Assembly: GCA_002793635.1 (NCBI GenBank)
Contig: PFEM01000036.1
Location: 1-31,501 of the forward strand
Reading direction: 5' to 3'
Length of the DNA stretch: 31,501 nt
From: Candidatus Shapirobacteria bacterium CG10_big_fil_rev_8_21_14_0_10_48_15
GTDB taxonomy: Bacteria > Patescibacteriota > Microgenomatia > PFEM01
Part shown: positions 24,118-31,113 of the stretch, piece by piece
How the letters are laid out: each line of letters begins with the position of its first letter
Numbering within the stretch: position 1 is the stretch's first letter
The notes under the pieces: generated by a model
Told to the model about the DNA's origin: nothing
The model's input: the letters and a program-made list of their open reading frames with translations, nothing else
Databases searched by the model: none
Position numbers and translations under genes: made by a program

Positions 24118-25226
24118 ATTGGTCACTGGCCAAAAATCTTATTTTGGCACCCCTGTTGGTGGCGGCGGCCATCGCCTGTTTGGCCACCCCTTTAATTATT
24201 TTTCTTTACCGGCGACTGGGTTGGCTTGATGATCCCCAAAAAACCAAGCGCCCCAAAGACACGCACACCGTTCCGGTTCCCAGGGGTGGGGGGCTGGCAA
24301 TCTTTTTGGCTGTGGCCATTGCTTCGCTTATTTTTCTCCCCCTTGACCAGCCCCTCAAGGCCATTCTGGCCGCCGCGGCCGTCATCGCTTTGACCGGCGC
24401 GATTGACGACCGCTTTGATCTCAACCCCTACCTACGCTTGGCGATTGGCTTGTTGGCGGCCGGCATCGTGGTGGCCGCGGGCATTGGGATTGCTTTTATC
24501 ACCAACCCTTTAGGCGGCCTGATTCACCTCGACCAACCGCAAATTCATTTTCAGCTGTTCGGCAAAATTCGTAGCCTCTGGATTTTGGCTGATCTTTTTG
24601 CCCTTGGCTGGATTGCCTTTTTGATGAACATTGTTAACTGGGCCAAAGGCTTTGACGGCCAACTACCGGGGATCGTCGTGGTCGCCGCTTTGACCATTGC
24701 CCTGCTGGCCCTTAGTTTTTCCGCCGACGTCACGCAATGGCCCGTCACCATCCTGGCCGCGATTACCGCCGGCGCCTACCTGGGTTTTTTGCCCTTCAAC
24801 TTTTACCCCCAAAAAATTATGCCCGGTTACGGGGGCGGGGCTTTGGCGGGGTTTTTACTGGCGGTTTTGGCGATTCTTTCGACCACCAAAGTTGGGACCG
24901 CCATTGTCGTTTTGGGAATTCCTTTTATTGATGCCCTTTACTCCATCATTCGCCGGCTGGCTCAGGGTCGTTCCCCGGTCTGGGGCGACCGCGGCCATCT
25001 GCACCACAAAATCCTTGATCAATGGCATTGGGGGAAACGGCGAACCGCAATTTTTTACTGGCTCGTGACGGCCGGCTTGGGAAGCTTAGCTTTAGGTTTG
25101 CACCGTCTGCAAAAGTTGTATACAATGGTGATGTTAGCCGTTTTAATCGGAGGTTTATTATTGTGGTTCAACTTCTTTTCCAGCTGGTCCGGTCGATCCG
25201 GCCGCGCCAGGCGCTCAAAAATCTAA
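24114..25226 (+). CDS. WecA/TagO/MraY-family polyprenyl-phosphate sugar-1-phosphate transferase; probable start 24114
   Basis: PVPRGGGLA, GAIDDRFDL, MNIVNWAKGFDG, FNFYPQKIMPG, DRGHLHH. Confidence 0.88.
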   Translation: MNWSLAKNLILAPLLVAAAIACLATPLIIFLYRRLGWLDDPQKTKRPKDTHTVPVPRGGGLAIFLAVAIASLIFLPLDQPLKAILAAAAVIALTGAIDDRFDLNPYLRLAIGLLAAGIVVAAGIGIAFITNPLGGLIHLDQPQIHFQLFGKIRSLWILADLFALGWIAFLMNIVNWAKGFDGQLPGIVVVAALTIALLALSFSADVTQWPVTILAAITAGAYLGFLPFNFYPQKIMPGYGGGALAGFLLAVLAILSTTKVGTAIVVLGIPFIDALYSIIRRLAQGRSPVWGDRGHLHHKILDQWHWGKRRTAIFYWLVTAGLGSLALGLHRLQKLYTMVMLAVLIGGLLLWFNFFSSWSGRSGRARRSKI

Positions 25227-26089
25227 GCCTGCTTGCCCCCCTGATTTTTTCAGGGAACTTGCTGATCCCCCAAAAGCTTCTCCTTAGCCTCTGGGCAATT
25301 TTCATTTTTACCATTCTCACCTCGTCGGTTTATCTGATCAACGATCTGGCCGATTTGGAACAAGACAAAATGCATCCTTTCAAAAAAAACCGGCCCCTCG
25401 CCTCGGGCAAGCTACCGATACCGATCGCCGTTTTTGCCATGATTATCAGCTTGGTCACCGCCTTGTACTTAGCCTATCTTCACAGTTTCTTTTTCTTTTT
25501 AAGCCTGATCGCTTATCTGGCCCTGCAACTTATCTACACTTTTTATTTAAAAAATATTATTATCCTCGACGTGCTCGCGATTGCGAGCGGTTTTGTGGTG
25601 CGCGTCTATGCCGGCGCTTTTGCCATCAACGTCCACATGGAAGTCTGGTTTCTGCTCTGCGTCATCTCTTTGGCCCTGTTTTTGGCTACCGGCAAACGGC
25701 GGGCGGAACTGGCCATGCTCAACGAACAAGTCGCGCCAAAATATCGCAAAACCTTAAGTTTTTATACGCCAGACTTGCTGGATGCCTACCTGGCCATGTT
25801 TGCCAACTCGGCTTGGCTGGCTTACGCCTTGTTTACTTTTTTTGCGCCACCGGTGCCCACCCAGCATTTAAAATTGCTTACTTTTTTGCCGATGACGCTG
25901 GCCGGCATCAGCAAACTGCTCATGCTGACTGTTCCCATCGTCATTTTTGGCATCATGCGCTACATGATGGTCGTTTATCAGGGAAGCCGGGCCGAAGTGC
26001 CGGAAAGAGTCCTGCTGTCCGACAAAGCCCTGCTGGGGTCAGTGAGCCTTTGGGGAATCCTAGTCGTGATGATTATCTACGGTTTTTAG
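25163..26089 (+). CDS. UbiA-family decaprenyl-phosphate phosphoribosyltransferase-like protein; probable GTG start at 25163
   Basis: RPRQALKN, YLINDLADLEQDKMHPFKKNRPLASG, YTFYLKN, GKRRAE; SD GGAGG (25149-25153) 9 nt before an in-frame GTG. Confidence 0.85.
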   Translation: MVQLLFQLVRSIRPRQALKNLSLLAPLIFSGNLLIPQKLLLSLWAIFIFTILTSSVYLINDLADLEQDKMHPFKKNRPLASGKLPIPIAVFAMIISLVTALYLAYLHSFFFFLSLIAYLALQLIYTFYLKNIIILDVLAIASGFVVRVYAGAFAINVHMEVWFLLCVISLALFLATGKRRAELAMLNEQVAPKYRKTLSFYTPDLLDAYLAMFANSAWLAYALFTFFAPPVPTQHLKLLTFLPMTLAGISKLLMLTVPIVIFGIMRYMMVVYQGSRAEVPERVLLSDKALLGSVSLWGILVVMIIYGF

Positions 26090-26979
26090 TCCTTAACCAG
26101 TTCGCTGTAACTCCCGGAAATCCAGCCTTCTTGGTCAGTGGCATACTCAATTTTGTGCCAGCCATTTTTTGTTTCGTCCAAATAGGGGAAGGTTTGGCCA
26201 GGTTCTACCCGCGCTACTTCGGCAGCATCGGTCGAGGCTTCTTGCCTGACCCGCAACCAGCCAGTCGGCGTGTCTTTGACGCGCACATAGGGTTTTACCG
26301 CCTCTGTTGCCTCGGCCGTTTCTGCTTTCGTCATCTCTGCCTTCACCTCTGCTTCAATTTGAGCGCTTTCACTGGCCTCCTGAATCCCTTCAATTTCCCT
26401 AGGCAGTTGGACATCGAGGACCAGCTTATAGCCAACAATCGTTTGGGCCGTCACCTGACGCTCTTGGTAACCAGGAGAACTGATCACCACTTCATAGCTG
26501 CCCGGGGGCTGGTCTTCAATCACCAGCGGCGCAAACCCTCTTGGTTCCCCATCAATTTTGACCACTGCCTGATCGGGCAAGGAAACGACGGCCAAAAAAG
26601 CCTGGTCGCGGCTGTTGATTTTTTCCAAAGTCAGCACTTCCCCCCCCGATTCGGCATCATTGGGGCCCAAAAAGCGGCTGATGGCGACCCTCACTCCCGA
26701 GGACAAATTAACTTTACCTTCCCAACTGGTCAGGCCATTTTCGGTTGACTCCGGCACTAGCCTGACGCTGTGCTCGCCAGACTCAAGCTTGTCGTTAACC
26801 AGTCCGGCCGCACCCGTAACCCCTATCTGGGTACCGTCAACAAAAACCACCGCACTGGGAATCGTGGTAACTTGAAGCGCCGCCGGCGAGTGGCGATCCA
26901 AAATTTTTGTTTTAAAAACCAGCCCCACCAAAGATAACCCCAACACTACGACCGCCACCATTAGCCAGCTTTTTTTCAT
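26086..26979 (-). CDS. PEGA-domain protein with a C-terminal bacterial SH3 domain; probable start 26979 (MKKSW)
   Basis: N-terminal TM; LQVTTIPSAVVFVDG and VSLPDQAVVKIDG...PGSYEVVISSPGY (PEGA); TPTGWLRVR...GWHKI...EGWISG (SH3b). Confidence 0.85.
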   Translation of the reverse strand: MKKSWLMVAVVVLGLSLVGLVFKTKILDRHSPAALQVTTIPSAVVFVDGTQIGVTGAAGLVNDKLESGEHSVRLVPESTENGLTSWEGKVNLSSGVRVAISRFLGPNDAESGGEVLTLEKINSRDQAFLAVVSLPDQAVVKIDGEPRGFAPLVIEDQPPGSYEVVISSPGYQERQVTAQTIVGYKLVLDVQLPREIEGIQEASESAQIEAEVKAEMTKAETAEATEAVKPYVRVKDTPTGWLRVRQEASTDAAEVARVEPGQTFPYLDETKNGWHKIEYATDQEGWISGSYSELVKD

Positions 26980-27002
26980 CGCAAGGCGAAGAATAGCACA
27001 AA

Positions 27003-27031
27003 TTGCCACTCCAAGGCAAATTTGGTAAAAT
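27003..27031 (+). promoter_or_regulatory. Promoter of tRNA-Cys
   Basis: TTGCCA-N17-TAAAAT with TG extension, 8 nt before the tRNA 5' end. Confidence 0.7.
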
Positions 27032-27039
27032 GCAGTTGC

Positions 27040-27110
27040 GGTCAGGTGTCGGAGCGGCTACGAAGCGGTCTGCAAAACCGCGCACAGGGGTTCAACTCCC
27101 CTCCTGACCT
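27040..27110 (+). tRNA. trnC: tRNA-Cys(GCA), CCA not encoded
   Basis: Acceptor GGTCAGG/CCTGACC plus T73; anticodon arm GCGGT-CTGCAAA-ACCGC; T arm AGGGG-TTCAACT-CCCCT. Confidence 0.95.
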
Positions 27111-27111
27111 C

Positions 27112-27340
27112 TTAGGGCTTAATAATTTCCGTTTCCTTTTTTCTTTTAAAGAACAAAAAATCGTCGCCAAGCGACTCAAAATTAATGATCAAAAACTAGC
27201 CGATCTCGTTAAGAAAAAACTAAAAATTATCAAAATCAACCAACCAAAGGCACTTTAAAAAAGAAAAAATTAAAAGAGACTTCAGCATCATGATCTTCAC
27301 GCCTGCTCAATTCCTCCAATATTTAAGAAGTCAAAACTAA
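27112..27340 (+). pseudogene. Probable decayed PIN-domain toxin fragment
   Basis: No start codon; two frames give ...IVAKRLKINDQKLADLVKKKLKIIKINQ and TNQRHFKKEKIKRDFSIMIFTPAQFLQYLRSQN*, resembling PIN middle and C-terminal segments. Confidence 0.5.
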
Positions 27341-27353
27341 GCCTTGCGAAAAG

Positions 27354-27382
27354 TTGACTTTTGGGGCTTTTTTTGCTAAGAT
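27354..27382 (+). promoter_or_regulatory. Promoter upstream of the M23 gene
   Basis: TTGACT-N17-TAAGAT with TG extension. Confidence 0.65.
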
Positions 27383-27394
27383 TAGTGCCAGTTG

Positions 27395-27425
27395 AATCCT
27401 CTTGAACATCCAGGAGGATTTTTTT
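27395..27425 (+). terminator. Terminator-like hairpin in the M23 leader
   Basis: AATCCTCTTG/CAGGAGGATT 10-bp stem (one G-U) followed by a T-run. Confidence 0.55.
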
Positions 27426-27446
27426 GTGGCCTAAATAAGCCACCTT

Positions 27447-28148
27447 ATGCAATTCAGCCTAACTTTTGGCAAACAGCAATTGGCGGTCAGTTTGAGCCGC
27501 AAACGCGGTCGTCCCCGCAACCCTTCTTGTTACCGCCTGCATCAATTGGTTGCTTACCTGAAACGGCTCGTGACTGATAAACATCTGGCCGGTCATCCGG
27601 CTAGCCGGGTACTGCGTCGGGTGTTTGAAAACGGTAAAATCAAAAAAGCCCTTGGCTTGAACTTGGCGGGGTTAATCTTGTTAACTGGCTTGGCGACCCC
27701 GACCGAATCGATTCTCAAAAATAATAGTGAGACGGAAGAAATTGTTTCTCTGACCGTCAATGCCCAAGAAGTGGAAACGGTTACCCAACACACTGTTCGC
27801 CTCCCTTTGGACAGTTTTGTCATCACTCAAGGTTATAGCTTCTTCCACCGTGGGGTGGACCTAAAAGAAGTGACCGGCGCGCCGATTTACCCGATCATGG
27901 ACGGCACGGTGGAGGCGGTTTTTGACCTTCACTTTGGTTACGGCAAGCACCTGATTATCAATCACGGCTCGGGCCGCAAAAGCCTTTACGCCCACTTAAG
28001 CAAAATTATTGCCCAAAAAGACCAAGCAGTGGACAAAAATACCGTCATTGGGCTGGTCGGTTCAACCGGACTGTCTACCGGCTCTCACTTACACTTGGAA
28101 ATCTGGGAAGACGGCCGTCCGCTCAACCCCCTGGTGGTGCTGCAATAA
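27447..28148 (+). CDS. M23-family metallopeptidase with an N-terminal extension and TM
   Basis: HRGVD (HxxxD), GYGKHLII-H, YAHL, STGLSTGSHLHLEI. Confidence 0.92.
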   Translation: MQFSLTFGKQQLAVSLSRKRGRPRNPSCYRLHQLVAYLKRLVTDKHLAGHPASRVLRRVFENGKIKKALGLNLAGLILLTGLATPTESILKNNSETEEIVSLTVNAQEVETVTQHTVRLPLDSFVITQGYSFFHRGVDLKEVTGAPIYPIMDGTVEAVFDLHFGYGKHLIINHGSGRKSLYAHLSKIIAQKDQAVDKNTVIGLVGSTGLSTGSHLHLEIWEDGRPLNPLVVLQ

Positions 28149-28157
28149 CTGACCATC

Positions 28158-28184
28158 AAAAAACCCGCTTGCGCGGAGTTCTTA
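28158..28184. terminator. Terminator between convergent M23 and groEL
   Basis: A6-flanked AAC-CCGC-TTGC-GCGG-A-GTT hairpin. Confidence 0.5.
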
Positions 28185-28212
28185 GTTAAAAGTTATAAGC
28201 TACCAGTTATCA
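28178..28212 (+). repeat. Intergenic degenerate 7-bp tandem repeat
   Basis: GTTCTTA GTTAAAA GTTATAA GCTACCA GTTATCA. Confidence 0.65.
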
Positions 28213-28218
28213 GCCCGC

Positions 28219-29844
28219 CTACATTCCCATCCCGCCCGGCATTCCCCCCCCAGGCATTTGGTTTTTCTCTTCTTCAGGAATATCGGTGATGAGGCCCTCA
28301 GTCGTGAGAATCATGGTCGCGACGGAAACGGCGTTTTGCAACGCGGTCCGGGCCACTTTGGCCGGGTCAATAATGCCCGCTTTAATCATGTTGACATACT
28401 GACCAGCCAAAACATCAAAGCCCGTCCCCACCGCGGCTCTGCTAATATTGGCGACCACCACCCCGCCGTCTTCACCGGCATTTTTAGCCAGCAGGCGCGT
28501 CGGCGATTCCAAAGCTTTTTTCACCAGTTGCATGCCCGTCAGCTCATCGCCACTGGCCATACCAAAGTCAATCGCTTTGGCGGCTACCAGCAGCGTCACC
28601 CCGCCACCCGGCACAATGCCTTCTTCGATTGCCGCTTTGGTCGCCGCCACCGCATCCTTAACCCGCTCCTGCTTCTCCTTCATTTCTATTTCTGAAGCAG
28701 CGCCCACTTCAATGACCGCCACCCCGCCGGACAGTTTGGCCAGCCTCTCTTCCAATTTTTCGCGATCAAATTCGGAAGTCGTCCGGCTCACTTCAGCCTT
28801 AATCTGGTTAACCCGGGCACTGATCTGACTCTTGCTACCCTTACCACCAACAATAAGCGTGTTTTCTTTGTCCGTCGTCACCCGGTCAGCCTGACCCAAG
28901 TCTTCCACCATCACGTCCTCCAGTTTACGGCCAGCGTCTTCAGAAATGACGGTGCCGCCGGTCAAAATCGCGATATCTCCCAGCATTTCCTTACGCCGAT
29001 CACCAAAACCGGGCGCCTCGACCGCCAAAACATTGAAAGTCCCCCGCAATTTGTTGACGACCAGCGTCGCCAAAGCCTCCCCCTCAACTTCATCGGCAAT
29101 AATCACCAAGTTTTTGGAAACTTTAACCAGCCTCTCTAAAAACGGCAGCAACTCTTGGATTGAAGAAATTTTTTTGTCCGTCAGCAGCAAATAAGCATTT
29201 TCAATCGACGCTTCCATCGTGTCGGAATCGGTGACAAAGTAAGGGGAAGAAAAACCCTTGTCAAACTCCATGCCTTCTTTGTAGTCAATCGTGATCTCCA
29301 AACCTTTACCCTCTTCAACGGTCACGACCCCGTTGGGACCAACCTTTTTAAGCGCCTCGGCGATCTTTGCCCCAATCAGTGAATTTTGGGCCGAAATGGT
29401 GGCTACTTGAGTGATCATCTCATGGCTATCCCTCACGGGCTTGGATTGCTTTTTAATCGAAGCGACCGTCTGCTCCGCTGCTTTTTCAATCCCTTTGTTT
29501 AAAATCATCGGGTTGGCCCCGGCGGCAATATTTTTGATACCCTCCTCGACAATCGCCTGCACCAAAATCGTCGCGGTGGTCGTGCCGTCACCGGTGGCGT
29601 CATTGGTCTTTTCCGCGGCTTCTTTGACCAATTGCGCCCCCATATTTTCAAACGGATCTTTCAGGTCAATTTCCTTGGCCACCGAAACCCCGTCATGCAC
29701 GACGGCCGGCGCCCCCCATTTTTTGTCCAGAGCAATGTTGCGGCCCTTAGGGCCTAGGGTGGTCCCCACGGCCTTAGCGACCGTGTCCACGCCAACTTTT
29801 AATTTTTCTCTGGCTTGTTCAGCGTAAATTAGTTGTTTCGCCAT
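28219..29844 (-). CDS. groEL: Chaperonin GroEL
   Basis: [35 protein letters not shown]-rich tail. Confidence 0.99.
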   Translation of the reverse strand: MAKQLIYAEQAREKLKVGVDTVAKAVGTTLGPKGRNIALDKKWGAPAVVHDGVSVAKEIDLKDPFENMGAQLVKEAAEKTNDATGDGTTTATILVQAIVEEGIKNIAAGANPMILNKGIEKAAEQTVASIKKQSKPVRDSHEMITQVATISAQNSLIGAKIAEALKKVGPNGVVTVEEGKGLEITIDYKEGMEFDKGFSSPYFVTDSDTMEASIENAYLLLTDKKISSIQELLPFLERLVKVSKNLVIIADEVEGEALATLVVNKLRGTFNVLAVEAPGFGDRRKEMLGDIAILTGGTVISEDAGRKLEDVMVEDLGQADRVTTDKENTLIVGGKGSKSQISARVNQIKAEVSRTTSEFDREKLEERLAKLSGGVAVIEVGAASEIEMKEKQERVKDAVAATKAAIEEGIVPGGGVTLLVAAKAIDFGMASGDELTGMQLVKKALESPTRLLAKNAGEDGGVVVANISRAAVGTGFDVLAGQYVNMIKAGIIDPAKVARTALQNAVSVATMILTTEGLITDIPEEEKNQMPGGGMPGGMGM

Positions 29845-29845
29845 T

Positions 29846-30154
29846 TTATTGCGTCACTGCCAAAACGTCTTCAAATTTAACAAAAATATATTCTTGACCG
29901 GAAATACCCAGTTTAAATTCGTCGCCCCCCCACTTTTTGTAAATCACCACGTCCCCCAATTTAAACTCGGGCACAATTTGTTTACCCTTGTCAGTTGTTT
30001 GGGCTTTGCCCATGGCAATCACTTTCCCTTTTTGAGATTTTTCGTCGTGAGTATCCGGAAGGACTATCCCCGTGGCCGTTCTTTTTTCCATTTCCACTGG
30101 TTCGATCAGCGCATAGCCGGCCGTGGGTTTGATGTTTAGTTTAGTCGTCGCCAT
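29846..30154 (-). CDS. groES: Co-chaperonin GroES
   Basis: [37 protein letters not shown]; adjacent to groEL. Confidence 0.97.
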   Translation of the reverse strand: MATTKLNIKPTAGYALIEPVEMEKRTATGIVLPDTHDEKSQKGKVIAMGKAQTTDKGKQIVPEFKLGDVVIYKKWGGDEFKLGISGQEYIFVKFEDVLAVTQ

Positions 30155-30168
30155 TATTTTGAAAAAAA

Positions 30169-30187
30169 ATTATCACTTGGTGATAAT
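30169..30187. promoter_or_regulatory. Candidate operator in the groES leader
   Basis: ATTATCAC-TTG-GTGATAAT dyad between the promoter and the start codon. Confidence 0.55.
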
Positions 30188-30194
30188 GATTGCT

Positions 30195-30223
30195 ATTATA
30201 AAAACTTGCTTGAAAAATGTCAA
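30195..30223 (-). promoter_or_regulatory. Consensus sigma70 promoter of groESL
   Basis: TTGACA-N17-TATAAT on the minus strand. Confidence 0.85.
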
Positions 30224-30238
30224 GGGTTAGATAGTACG

Positions 30239-30295
30239 TGGCTGCGCGCAGATGTGATTGTTGGTGACCCGTAGGTCTCACATTGCGCGCAGCCA
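30239..30295. other. 57-nt long hairpin 3' of the small Cys/His ORF
   Basis: TGGCTGCGCGCA-G-ATGTGA / TCACAT-TGCGCGCAGCCA (18 bp with one bulge); GACC-CGTA-GGTC hairpin inside the loop. Confidence 0.75.
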
Positions 30296-30327
30296 GTCTC
30301 CCGACGGCAGTTTAACTCACTGACAGA

Positions 30328-30510
30328 TTATTCGGTGCTCCCAGCCCTGTGTGACCCAGGAGGGCCGAATCTTTCAGCGCGTTCGCGCTGCCTCCTGGCG
30401 TGGCCGTTTTCCTTTGGACTTGGGTGCCGCTCGCACCACGCCTTATGACGACCAGCGGTTCCTCCGCACAGTGCACAAATATCCAGAACATGGATCTGGG
30501 CCGGTGCCAT
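30328..30510 (-). CDS. 60-aa putative zinc-binding small protein
   Basis: SD GAGGAGG 6 nt before the ATG; CALCGGTAGRHKAWCERH (CxxC-x5-H-x3-C-x2-H). Confidence 0.6.
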   Translation of the reverse strand: MAPAQIHVLDICALCGGTAGRHKAWCERHPSPKENGHARRQRERAERFGPPGSHRAGSTE

Positions 30511-30545
30511 TGGGACCCTCCTCTTCGAAAATCAGTGTCGGGAGA

Positions 30546-30573
30546 ACAAAAAAGACAAGCTACCCTGTCTTTT
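30546..30573 (-). terminator. Terminator-like hairpin in the leader of the 60-aa ORF
   Basis: Minus strand AAAAGACAGG-GUAG-CUUGUCUUUU, then UU. Confidence 0.5.
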
Positions 30574-30658
30574 CAGCCCTCCCGCCCGACTCGCCTCGCG
30601 ACTCGAAGCGGGCAGACTTGTCTTACCAGCAATTATTAATGAACTTACTATGGGATAA

Positions 30659-30687
30659 ATTTTAACCATTTATTCCCATTTTGTCAA
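30659..30687 (-). promoter_or_regulatory. Sigma70 promoter driving the leader and the 60-aa ORF
   Basis: TTGACA-N17-TAAAAT on the minus strand. Confidence 0.75.
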
Positions 30688-30802
30688 GGCCAACATGACA
30701 CTAATTCCCAAAAGCAACCCTGGCAAAAGCGTCAAGATAGATGAAGCAATATTAGCACGAATTCTACGTCATCAAAAAATATCATTTTTGATTAACTAAT
30801 AG

Positions 30803-30831
30803 TTGACATTTAAAATTATTTTTGCTATCGT
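30803..30831 (+). promoter_or_regulatory. Promoter of the TA operon
   Basis: TTGACA-N17-TATCGT with TG extension, 9 nt before the ATG. Confidence 0.65.
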
Positions 30832-30840
30832 GTTGCTAAG

Positions 30841-31113
30841 ATGAATATTCTCGCTATCAATATTATCCCTGTTACCAAGGCTCGAGCCAAACTTGGTGAT
30901 TTGGCCAAAAAAGTCGCCGGTAAAAACTACGTTGTTCTCACTAAGGGTGGCAAACCTGAAGCGGCCTTGGTAGATATTGACTACCTGACTGAGTTGGAAA
31001 AAGAAGTCGAGAGAATTTATCAAAAAACTTTTATTGATCCTCGATTGCTGCCTTTAACTAGAGAATTCTCCAACCAGGAAATCAAAGCGTGGCTAAAAGA
31101 AGATCAGCTTTAA
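30841..31113 (+). CDS. Phd/YefM-family antitoxin
   Basis: IIPVTKARAKLGDLAKKV...YVVLTKGGKPEAALVDIDY. Confidence 0.9.
   Translation: MNILAINIIPVTKARAKLGDLAKKVAGKNYVVLTKGGKPEAALVDIDYLTELEKEVERIYQKTFIDPRLLPLTREFSNQEIKAWLKEDQL

Noticed and set aside
27022-27258. 78-aa ORF
   Set aside because: Its 5' half is the tRNA-Cys gene; only the 3' part looks coding and is treated as a pseudogene fragment.
30155-30235. CIRCE element upstream of groES
   Set aside because: The TTAGCACTC-N9-GAGTGCTAA consensus is not present on either strand.
30351-30665. 104-aa plus-strand ORF
   Set aside because: Antisense to the SD-led 60-aa ORF and its leader; no SD, promoter or motif.
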